Shown here: piece by piece, positions 18,061-25,113 of the stretch | Position numbering within the stretch: position 1 is the stretch's first letter | Layout of the letters: each line of letters starts with the position of its first letter | Assembly: GCA_049314435.1 (NCBI GenBank) | Contig: JBMOFD010000023.1 | Span: 1-25,113, forward strand | DNA length: 25,113 nucleotides | From: Chlamydiia bacterium | Lineage (GTDB): Bacteria; Chlamydiota; Chlamydiia; Chlamydiales; JBMOFD01 | Direction: 5' to 3' | The notes under the pieces: generated by a model | Database searches by the model: none | What the model was told of the DNA's origin: nothing | What the model saw: the letters and a program-made list of their open reading frames with translations, nothing else | Made by a program: the position numbers and the translations under genes

Positions 18061-18088
18061 GATGTTCTCTCTATGAAGATGGGCTTCA

Positions 18089-18118
18089 ATCATAAAGATC
18101 AAAGAGCCCAATTGACAA
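18089..18118 (-). promoter_or_regulatory. Possible sigma70/sigma66 promoter for ndk-trpG/pabA
   Basis: Minus strand TTGTCA, 18-nt spacer, TATGAT, 28 nt upstream of the ndk ATG. Confidence 0.5.
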
Positions 18119-18234
18119 GCAAAGATCGAGAAATTGGTCCGGTGCAGGCCAGGGTGACCGCAGCCCGCAAGGCAGGCCCCATCCCTAAAGGCTCCTCCAT
18201 AGATACGTCCGATCCAGGAGCAGTCGTCGACTTC

Positions 18235-18951
18235 CTACTCGGGTGGCTGTGAAGGCTGACTGCTCCGTTGAACCTCGGCCTGCCAACTGTCGATGGCCGC
18301 CAGGAGCTTGATCAAGTCGCGCAGTTGAGCATTCCGATAGCGATCTCGCATGCTATTGCTGGGTAGAGATTCCAGGTATTCTTCCATGCTTGGGGCTTGG
18401 GAATAGGCGGACCACAAGCACTCCGCACTCTTCAAATGCTTCTCAGCCTGTTCGCGATTTGCCCATGTCGCAGCGCCCGCATCCATGATTTGCATCAGCA
18501 ATATATTGCCGATGGTAAGTGGGTGCACCTGCGAGGGATGCGCCGGCTCCCCCTCCTGTTGCAGTGCTGGCTGCCTCTGGCATAGCAGCAGCCTTCTCGG
18601 GACCGTCTGTGGTTGCTCGGGAGGGCCTTCTGCCAATAGGCCCAGTGGTGGCGATACAGCTTGCATCACCTGATCGGGAGAATCAGATCCGCTCGCTTGG
18701 TCGATTGCAGCAGGTGATCTGCTTGTTACAATGAGGAGTCCCTCATTGAACAAGAGGCCGTCACAATCAGCGAAGAACTGACTCGGCGACAGCCGTTCGC
18801 GAACCTGTTCTACTTTCCGCTCAAGCTGGTGAGCAGGCGTCTTGGATGAACTGCTTTCGGATGCAGTCTCTTCCAAGGCGCCGTGCAACTGCTGGGAACC
18901 CGGCAGGAGGCTGAAAGCCCTGGACGATGCGGCGGGCGCGTTAATACTCAT
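18235..18951 (-). CDS. Orphan paralog family, copy A (~238 aa), candidate effector
   Basis: ORF 18235..18960. Start aligned to the paralogs at ATG 18951 (MSINAPAASS). Clear homology to copies B and C. Confidence 0.8.
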   Translation of the reverse strand: MSINAPAASSRAFSLLPGSQQLHGALEETASESSSSKTPAHQLERKVEQVRERLSPSQFFADCDGLLFNEGLLIVTSRSPAAIDQASGSDSPDQVMQAVSPPLGLLAEGPPEQPQTVPRRLLLCQRQPALQQEGEPAHPSQVHPLTIGNILLMQIMDAGAATWANREQAEKHLKSAECLWSAYSQAPSMEEYLESLPSNSMRDRYRNAQLRDLIKLLAAIDSWQAEVQRSSQPSQPPE

Positions 18952-19145
18952 CTGCAACATTTTTCTTGTTATGTTCCGCTTCTATTGTACAACGGCAGTC
19001 GATATGGAGAGGAGGAACAACGAGTTCAACGCTCCCTACATCTTTGCGGGAGGACAGCAGGTGGCCTACTAGGTACAGATGGTGGTTGGAGAAGTGTCGG
19101 GATCTGGAAGTTGAAAGAGCAGCTTGCGAGCTGCTGGATTCAGAC

Positions 19146-19790
19146 TCAGTCGTCGATTTTCTGTTCGGGTATCGGTGCGGGCGGACCGCTCTGTTGAACA
19201 TCGGCCTGCCAACTGGCGACGACCGCCTTGAGCTTGTGGCGTTCAACCAATTGAGTATGGCGAGCTCGCAAGCTGCCGCTGGGTAGAGGCATCATGAGCT
19301 CTTTGTTCGCATCCCTGTCTAGCTGCAAGAGCATCACGAACAGATTGCTTACGGTAAGTGGGAGCGTCTCCGAGGGCTGTGCCGGCTCGAGTTTCTGTTG
19401 CAGTATCGGCTCTCTCTGGCATAGCAGGTGCCCTTCGGAGACGGTCTGTGGCTGTTCGGGAGGGCTTTCTGCCAATAGGCCCAGTGGTTGCGATAAAGCT
19501 GGCATCACCTGATCGGGAGCATCAGATGCGCTCGCTCGGTCGATTGGAGCAGGTGACTTGCATGCTGGCTTGAAAAGTCCGCTATAGAGCAAGAGGTCGT
19601 TCCAATCATCGAGGAGCATATTCGATGACAGTCCTTGGCGAACCTGTACTACTTTCTGCTCAAGCTCGTGAGCAAGCGTCTCGGGCGCATTGCGTTCGGA
19701 TGAACTGCCTTCCAAGGCGCCACCCAACCGCTGGGCACCCGGCATGAGGGTGAAAGCACTGGAAGATGCGGCAGGGGCTTTAATAGTCAT
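19146..19790 (-). CDS. Orphan paralog family, copy B (214 aa), candidate effector
   Basis: MTIKAPAASSS start. Shares AHxLExKVxQV, SPxxIxxAS, PLGLL and C-terminal W..(V/I).(Q/R)S motifs. Lacks the LKxAExLWSAYSQ block present in A and C. Confidence 0.8.
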   Translation of the reverse strand: MTIKAPAASSSAFTLMPGAQRLGGALEGSSSERNAPETLAHELEQKVVQVRQGLSSNMLLDDWNDLLLYSGLFKPACKSPAPIDRASASDAPDQVMPALSQPLGLLAESPPEQPQTVSEGHLLCQREPILQQKLEPAQPSETLPLTVSNLFVMLLQLDRDANKELMMPLPSGSLRARHTQLVERHKLKAVVASWQADVQQSGPPAPIPEQKIDD

Positions 19791-19819
19791 GGTACAGCAT
19801 TTTTCTTGTTAGATTCGGC

Positions 19820-20884
19820 TCATATTCTACAGCTTCTGTTGGTATGCGGACGAGAAGTGGTGGGTCCAACGTTCACTAGTCGAGCGGATGTGGCGGCAGC
19901 ACCCTCTTGTGTGAGAGTGATTGGAGAAGTATCGGAATGAGAAAGCTCAGGATCCGTGCTCGACAAGTCATCTACATGACAGTCATTGATTTCCTGCTCG
20001 ACTATCGGTTCCGGCGGACCGCTCTGTTCAATATTGGCGCGCCAAGGGTCAATGATCGCTAGCAGCTTCACGAACTTATCCAGGTGAACCAGCCTGCAGT
20101 GGCCTCGTTGCTGGTCGTTTGGTAGAGACTCTAGGAACTCTTGCATGTCAGGAATCTGGGAATAGGCGGACCACAAGTCCTCGGCCGCCTTCAATTGCTT
20201 CTTAGTCTGTTCGGGATTTGCCGATATCTCAGCGCTCTCCTCCTTGTTTCGCTGGTTGCGCAGTCGTTGCAGATTCCCATGCGTAACTACGGGCCTCTGC
20301 AAGGGAGGTGTCGCCGGCTGGCCCAGCTGCTCGCGATCTGCTGAGATCACAACGCTCGTGTTCCTGCCACTCTGCAGCCATTGCAGATCCTCCTGTGAAA
20401 GAAAGGGGATCTGCAATGACGGTGTCGCCAGCTCGCCCTGCTGTTGAAGTGTTAGTGGCATTAAGCATAGCGCCGGCCTTCTCGAGACCATCTTTAGCTG
20501 TCTCGAAGAGCTTCTCTCCAATAGGCCAAGTGGTCGAGATGAAGCTTGTGTGATCTGAGCGAGAGCACCCGATCCGCTCGCTTGGTTGATTGGAGTAGGT
20601 GACCTGCCTACTGCATCGGGAACTCCACCATCAAACAAGAGGCCGTCCTCATCAGCGAAGAGCGTAATTTGTCGCATCCGCTCCAAAAACTCTAGGCTAA
20701 CCTGTTCTACCTTTTCCTCCAGCTTGTGAGCAGGCGTCTCGGGCGCATTGCGTTCGGGTGCACTGTCTTCCAAGGCGACATCCTGCTGAACACCTCTCGG
20801 AATGGCCCCGGAGTGTTGTAAAGGAATAGCCAGCGAGGCGAGACTGAACGCATTGGATGATGTGCCGGAGGCGTTAATAGTCAT
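19820..20884 (-). CDS. Orphan paralog family, copy C (~354 aa), candidate effector
   Basis: ORF 19820..20890. Start aligned at ATG 20884 (MTINASGTSS). Has an internal ~39-aa duplication and a 53-aa C-terminal extension. Confidence 0.8.
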   Translation of the reverse strand: MTINASGTSSNAFSLASLAIPLQHSGAIPRGVQQDVALEDSAPERNAPETPAHKLEEKVEQVSLEFLERMRQITLFADEDGLLFDGGVPDAVGRSPTPINQASGSGALAQITQASSRPLGLLERSSSRQLKMVSRRPALCLMPLTLQQQGELATPSLQIPFLSQEDLQWLQSGRNTSVVISADREQLGQPATPPLQRPVVTHGNLQRLRNQRNKEESAEISANPEQTKKQLKAAEDLWSAYSQIPDMQEFLESLPNDQQRGHCRLVHLDKFVKLLAIIDPWRANIEQSGPPEPIVEQEINDCHVDDLSSTDPELSHSDTSPITLTQEGAAATSARLVNVGPTTSRPHTNRSCRI

Positions 20885-21069
20885 CTGCAATATTTTTCTT
20901 GTTAGGTTCCGCTTCTATTGTACAACGGCTGTCGATAAGGCGAGGAGGAGCAACGGGTTCAACACTCTTCGAGCCTTTCGAGAGAACAGGTGAATTCGTG
21001 TGCCCAGAGAGTGTTGAGAAGAATTTGGATCTGAAAGCTAAGGGATGATCTAGAACTAGCTATCTGGAG

Positions 21070-21104
21070 TCGGTAGGCTGGAACGCATGTTCCAGCCCTA
21101 CCGA
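21070..21104 (-). terminator. Hairpin downstream of the AsmA-like gene (no U tract)
   Basis: TCGGTAGG-CTGGAAC-GCAT-GTTCCAG-C-CCTACCGA, a 15-bp stem with one bulge, 13 nt after the stop codon. Confidence 0.55.
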
Positions 21105-21117
21105 GTTCGAGGAGTCC

Positions 21118-21870
21118 TTAGGGACTTGGTGTGGCGGTCGAAGCCGGAGCCTCGCTCGATTGGAAGATACTTTGAAGACCGGACTTGATATGACCGCCTG
21201 TATCTTGGAGTAGCTCAGCACTCTTACCGATGCCAGCTCCTAAGGGTGTCCCGATCACCTGGAGCCCAGGGATCAGACCGTTCATCGTGACGATATTGGT
21301 GAAGATCGCCTGCAATACAAGCCCAACAAGTTGATGGCTCTTGATTCCTTCAGCGGTGCTGACGTTGGCTAGTCTGATCTCGGCAATCGGAGGCATGGTG
21401 GTGACAACGCCACTCATCCCGATCATGCTCACTTCCACATCCTTGAGGACGAGTTCGTGTATGCGGATGTCTCGAGGGGGGGAAGCCTTGTCACTAGCAA
21501 GCAAGGTAGCCCAGTTCCCCTCAGTCATAGAGGGCCCCTTAGGGAAGTCAAAGCCGATGCGTACCCCATGGAGCTCGACTCGGTTCAGCTCTAGTGGATT
21601 CCCAAAGAAGTGCGAGAACGACTGAGCTTCTACTTCACCACTACGCACCATAAGAGCGGTGGCCATGCGGCTGCCCGTCGGTGAGGCTATATAGAGATTT
21701 TCAAAGAGCACGTTCTTAGGACTCAAGTCCAACACCGACATCGACACGGATGTGTGGAGAGAGTGGCCTAGCATGAACTCAGCAATCGGACGGCGTCCTA
21801 AAAAGCCTAGAACAAGAAGTAGGAGAATGAGAACGACGATCCAGACGATCCACCGTACGAGCCGCGACAT
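21118..21870 (-). CDS. AsmA-like membrane-anchored protein
   Basis: N-terminal TM helix (WIVWIVVLILLLLVLGFL), then beta-rich segments and GNW...IRIHELVLKDVEV, a pattern typical of AsmA N-terminal domains. Confidence 0.65.
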   Translation of the reverse strand: MSRLVRWIVWIVVLILLLLVLGFLGRRPIAEFMLGHSLHTSVSMSVLDLSPKNVLFENLYIASPTGSRMATALMVRSGEVEAQSFSHFFGNPLELNRVELHGVRIGFDFPKGPSMTEGNWATLLASDKASPPRDIRIHELVLKDVEVSMIGMSGVVTTMPPIAEIRLANVSTAEGIKSHQLVGLVLQAIFTNIVTMNGLIPGLQVIGTPLGAGIGKSAELLQDTGGHIKSGLQSIFQSSEAPASTATPSP

Positions 21871-21937
21871 ATGACCTCAGGGGTATGTCGAAGCTATGGC
21901 ATATAATGATTATTTTGTCATGAGGCCATACGGCTCG

Positions 21938-22690
21938 TCATATCGGTGACAGCGCACTAGGAGATCGATAGGAGAAGCTCTCTCCCAGATAGCAGGATCG
22001 AACCATGGGATCTTGAGCCAGCTCTTCAGGAGTCCCTGACGCCATCTCCTTCCCATCGATCATCAGCAGCACTCGGTCTACGAATTCGAAGATCTCCCGA
22101 GCATTATGGTCGGTGATCAAGATAGCGATCCCTCGTGCCGCCAGATAGCGGATGATCTGCTTCACATCCTGAATCGTCAGGGGATCGATGTTGGCGAAGG
22201 GTTCATCCAAAAGAAGCAGACGCGGCTCTCGCACCAGGGCCCGAGCAATCTCCACGCGCCGTCGTTGCCCTCCGGATAGAGTCGAGGCCTTCTGATCGAG
22301 GACCGTTTCCAGATGCAGCTCTAGAGAGAGGGATTCCAGTCGTTCCAGTCTTTCTTCATGAGCTAACGGCAGGGTCTCCAAAACAGCCCAGAGATTCTCT
22401 CGTACAGTCAGTTGACGAAACACCGAGGGCTCCTGAGCTAGATAGCCCATGCCGGCACGGGCGCGAGCATCGATCGACCAGCTGGTGATCTCCTGCGATT
22501 CCCAGAAGCACTGACCACTGTCGGGGCGCACGAGTCCCATCGTCATATAGAAAGCGGTGGTCTTCCCAGCGCCATTGGGGCCCAAAAGTCCAAGGATCTC
22601 ACCTGGCAGGATCGTGTAGCTCAAGCCCTTCACGATCGGACGGCCTCCCCAACTCTTGGTCAGAGAACGTGCTTCAAAGAGCGGCTGCAT
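21938..22690 (-). CDS. lptB: LPS export ABC transporter ATP-binding protein LptB
   Basis: GLLGPNGAGKTTAFYM, GYLAQEPSVFRQLTV, LSGGQRRRVEIARAL, LLDEPFANIDP, ILITDHN, YLGE. Downstream of kdsA. Confidence 0.95.
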   Translation of the reverse strand: MQPLFEARSLTKSWGGRPIVKGLSYTILPGEILGLLGPNGAGKTTAFYMTMGLVRPDSGQCFWESQEITSWSIDARARAGMGYLAQEPSVFRQLTVRENLWAVLETLPLAHEERLERLESLSLELHLETVLDQKASTLSGGQRRRVEIARALVREPRLLLLDEPFANIDPLTIQDVKQIIRYLAARGIAILITDHNAREIFEFVDRVLLMIDGKEMASGTPEELAQDPMVRSCYLGESFSYRSPSALSPI

Positions 22691-23453
22691 CGATGGACTC
22701 CTGTTGATGTTCTTGGAGGGCGCGAACGTGGCGTAATTGGTCGGTCGCTAGGATGATGCGCACCTCGCCCTCGCCCTCTTGCAACCACTCTCGTGTCACG
22801 GGATCTCTCCACATCCGCAGAGAGCTACAAGACATTGCTTGGTTGGCTTCTCGGTTCCAGAGGTAGACCTGCTTGGGGGACCTTGCTGAGAGTCGTAGCT
22901 CTTGGCTACCCCACACAAACTCTGCACGCTCTGCCATGATCAGCTGGGGAAGTTGGCTCTGAGGGCCTTCTTTGCGTTGGAATCGTACATCGCCTAGACC
23001 CACAATACGTTCGATGACGGGGCCTGGTTCAGTCAGCATGACCTGCACCTCGCAGGCCTCTAGACGTCCTTCAGGCATCTCCCAGCACACTCGTTGCCCC
23101 TCAGGTGCGCTGAGAATGAGAAGACCCTTTTCCCTGAGCCACTCCATAGGGCCTGGAGTCACGACTCGATGAGCCTCTCCCTGAGGGGAGGTCCAGTGGA
23201 TCTCTCCAGAGGGACTCGAGAGCTGCCGCATCGTCTGGATCTGCCGGCCTTGGCTCTCCATCCTGGGAGCCTGTAGGACAAATCCCTCGGAGCTCACCCG
23301 CACATCTCCCTCAAGAAGTAGTCCTTCTGGGCGGCAGGAGACTCTGTCGCAGCGTACTTCAAGAGGAGGAGCCTGGGCCAGGAGGGGAGAAAGAAGCAGA
23401 GGGAGAGCGTAGCTCCACCACCAACTCGTGCGTCTTAAGGCTCGATGCAGCAT
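22674..23453 (-). CDS. Periplasmic LptA/OstA-like protein (by position and beta-rich composition)
   Basis: Signal-peptide-like N-terminus, LEGDVRV and GLGDVRF motifs typical of OstA jellyrolls, immediately upstream of lptB. Confidence 0.6.
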   Translation of the reverse strand: MLHRALRRTSWWWSYALPLLLSPLLAQAPPLEVRCDRVSCRPEGLLLEGDVRVSSEGFVLQAPRMESQGRQIQTMRQLSSPSGEIHWTSPQGEAHRVVTPGPMEWLREKGLLILSAPEGQRVCWEMPEGRLEACEVQVMLTEPGPVIERIVGLGDVRFQRKEGPQSQLPQLIMAERAEFVWGSQELRLSARSPKQVYLWNREANQAMSCSSLRMWRDPVTREWLQEGEGEVRIILATDQLRHVRALQEHQQESIDAAAL

Positions 23454-23835
23454 GTCCTGAGTCCCCTTGCTTGCATTCTACATCATGGAGCGTCAAGGTC
23501 CCCAGCGGGAATCGGAGCCGCCCTGACTGAGCCTCTCCACTCGAGACCTCTTCTCCCTGTTCATTCGTCTGGCACCAGTGGACCCCGTGGATCTCCTGGG
23601 CCCAGCCATCACTCTCTTTTTGCAGAGAGGCGCGGTCAGCATGGACCACACGACAGACGCCCCAGTCCAGAGACTCCTCCGCGCAGATCGCATCTCGACG
23701 TAGGATCAAAGGAGGTGCTTCCGGCAGCACCGCGCAGTGGCCCTCGTGAGGGGCGGAGCGATGGAAGAACCAGAGCAGACCCACGGTCATCAGTGCACTG
23801 ATGACCACCGCAGCCCAGCTCCATTGCTGGATCAC
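23359..23835 (-). CDS. LptC-like single-TM protein (by position)
   Basis: N-terminal TM (WAAVVISALMTVGLLWFF), beta-rich body, GEAQSGRL...LTLHDV. GTG 23835 overlaps the kdsA stop (GTGA). Sits between kdsA and the lptA-like gene. Confidence 0.55.
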   Translation of the reverse strand: MIQQWSWAAVVISALMTVGLLWFFHRSAPHEGHCAVLPEAPPLILRRDAICAEESLDWGVCRVVHADRASLQKESDGWAQEIHGVHWCQTNEQGEEVSSGEAQSGRLRFPLGTLTLHDVECKQGDSGHAASSLKTHELVVELRSPSASFSPPGPGSSS

Positions 23836-24650
23836 ACACCGGCGGGTAGGCATCGCGCGATCGCTTCACAGGATTCAACTAACCCAGAGAGGGCAGAAAG
23901 GGGGAGCTGCGTCGCTGCATCACTCATCGCCTTCTCTGGATTGGGATGTACTTCCAAGAAGAGCATGTTAGCGCCCATAGCGGTTCCAGCACGTGCTAGA
24001 GCCGGCACATATTGGCGCGATCCTCCGCTTGAGGTGCCGGCCGCGCCAGGCAGTTGGCAGCCGTGGGTGACATCGAGGCAGGCAGGGCATCCCATCTCTT
24101 GGAAGATCGGGATCGAGCGCAGGTCCACGACCAGGTTGTTGTAGCCATGAGAGACCCCACGGTGGGTGAGGATGATGCGCTGGTTGCCGGTAGAACGGAC
24201 CTTATTGACCGCCTCCTTCATATCCCACGGTGCCATGAACTGACCTTGCTTGATGTTCACGACAGCCCCTGTCAAGGCGATGGCCAGGATCAGATCGGTT
24301 TGCCGACACAAGAAGGCGGGGACCTGCAGGACATCGACCACTTCGGCGGCAGGCGCCGCCTGCTCAGGTAGGTGGATGTCGGTGAGGAGGGGGACGCCGA
24401 AGGTCTGCTTTACTTCAGCAAGCCACTCGAGGCCTAGGGCGAGCCCTGGACCACGGAAGCCGTGGATGTTGGTGCGATTGGCCTTGTCAAAGGAGCTCTT
24501 GAAGATCCAGGGCCGCCCCTGCATCACTTCATGAATCTGGGCTGCGGTCTCCATGACGAGCTCGCGTGATTCCATTACGCAGGGCCCGAGGATCCACGAT
24601 AGAGAACCCTCTTCTCCCACGGTCATCGATTGGATCTGTACTGTGGACAT
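23832..24650 (-). CDS. kdsA: KDO 8-phosphate synthase
   Basis: GPCVMES, KSSFDKANRT, TDIH, QVPAFLCRQTDL, NIKQGQF, RGVSHGYNNLVVD, DVTH, EVHPNP..AMSD. Confidence 0.96.
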   Translation of the reverse strand: MSTVQIQSMTVGEEGSLSWILGPCVMESRELVMETAAQIHEVMQGRPWIFKSSFDKANRTNIHGFRGPGLALGLEWLAEVKQTFGVPLLTDIHLPEQAAPAAEVVDVLQVPAFLCRQTDLILAIALTGAVVNIKQGQFMAPWDMKEAVNKVRSTGNQRIILTHRGVSHGYNNLVVDLRSIPIFQEMGCPACLDVTHGCQLPGAAGTSSGGSRQYVPALARAGTAMGANMLFLEVHPNPEKAMSDAATQLPLSALSGLVESCEAIARCLPAGV

Positions 24651-24813
24651 AGGTCTTCTCCCCTCTGACTTGGAAAGCGAGCCAAGCTCTCATGACCTGC
24701 ATTGTTGCAGGCGGCGATCTTTCTCGCAGCAAGGAGCTGGGAATGTTGGAATGAGTTGGGGATTGGTCTAACTGAAGGGGTCGCTGTAAGCCTAAAGGCC
24801 AAGCCAATCCGAC

Positions 24814-24901
24814 AATTTGGCCAAAAAAACGAGGAATTTGGTCCAAAAAGTGGCCAAATTCCGTTAATTTGGCCAAAAAACTGGGGGAATTTGGCCAAAT
24901 T
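24814..24901. repeat. Cluster of five AATTTGG(T)CCAAA-type palindromic motifs
   Basis: Copies at about 24814, 24835, 24851 (reverse), 24866 and 24888. The last is the perfect palindrome AATTTGGCCAAATT. Confidence 0.85.
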
Positions 24902-24924
24902 ATTGGCGGTGCGGTTTCGCTCAA

Positions 24925-24963
24925 ACATGTCGATCATTGGACAGCATCCAATGATCGACATGT
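24925..24963. repeat. Perfect 17-bp inverted repeat
   Basis: ACATGTCGATCATTGGA-CAGCA-TCCAATGATCGACATGT. Confidence 0.9.
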
Positions 24964-25113
24964 AGAAACTGATCTTTCTCACCCGGGAGGTCTGGAGGGT
25001 GCAACCCTCCAGCTGAGGCCCGGAGCGGAGCTCCGGCTCCGGTTCCATCGCCAATGCAACCAGCGACCGATGCGTTCTCTGTACCAAGCGATCACCTCTA
25101 GGGGGCGATCGAG

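Larger units (their letters stand above)
18220..21070 (-). repeat. Tandem triplication (~0.85-1.1 kb units) of gene plus upstream region
   Basis: DNA-level similarity in the coding regions and in ~190 bp upstream of each copy. Example: ATTTTTCTTGTTA is identical at 18959, 19799 and 20892. Confidence 0.92.

Noticed and set aside
18112..18117. Perfect TTGACA on the plus strand as an antisense promoter
   Set aside because: No -10-like hexamer 16-18 nt downstream. It overlaps the complement of the candidate ndk -35 box.
20040..20145. F-box motif in the paralog family (LESLP...CRLV)
   Set aside because: Spacing between LP and CRLV is far too short, the hydrophobic helix is missing, and CRLV is not conserved in copies A and B.
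24814..24901. CRISPR array or sigma54 promoters
   Set aside because: Repeats are short, irregularly spaced and in both orientations, with no unique 30-40 nt spacers or cas genes. The TGGC cores lack a correctly spaced -12 TTGC.
24529..25087. ORFs 24529..24924, 24623..25087 and 24702..24965 as real genes
   Set aside because: Their translations merely reflect the DNA palindromes (repeated FFGQI/WPN), two overlap the kdsA start out of frame, and they show no recognisable motifs.

Overview
GC-rich (roughly 55-60% in the lines I counted) bacterial chromosome segment whose core gene order (clpX-clpP-tig-tRNA-Gly ... SWIM/SNF2 helicase-mreB-pckG, and kdsA-lptC-like-lptA-like-lptB) matches what I know from Chlamydiae, so it is probably an uncultured, unusually GC-rich chlamydia (inference). 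Three accessory blocks interrupt the core. (1) 72-2061: a Ser/Thr-rich orphan plus an acidic helical protein. (2) About 6050-10450, between the tRNA-Gly pair and the SNF2 gene: an 80-aa Gln-rich microprotein with a long hairpin, followed by two copies of a module 'orphan gene -> <- AAA_14/DUF4143 ATPase'. The first ATPase copy is a decayed 3' remnant, and the second orphan carries two tandem copies of an unrecognised ~100-aa domain. (3) About 18220-21070: a tandem triplication of an orphan gene together with its upstream region. Each copy stops at a different codon, and the last copy is separated from an in-frame ndk by a single TAG where its paralogs have CAG. Six orphans have Ser/Gly/Thr-rich N-termini resembling type III secretion signals. 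The window ends in a ~300-bp palindrome-dense non-coding stretch upstream of kdsA. No integrase, transposase, CRISPR array or rRNA was seen. Family assignments come from motif recognition by eye, not database searches.
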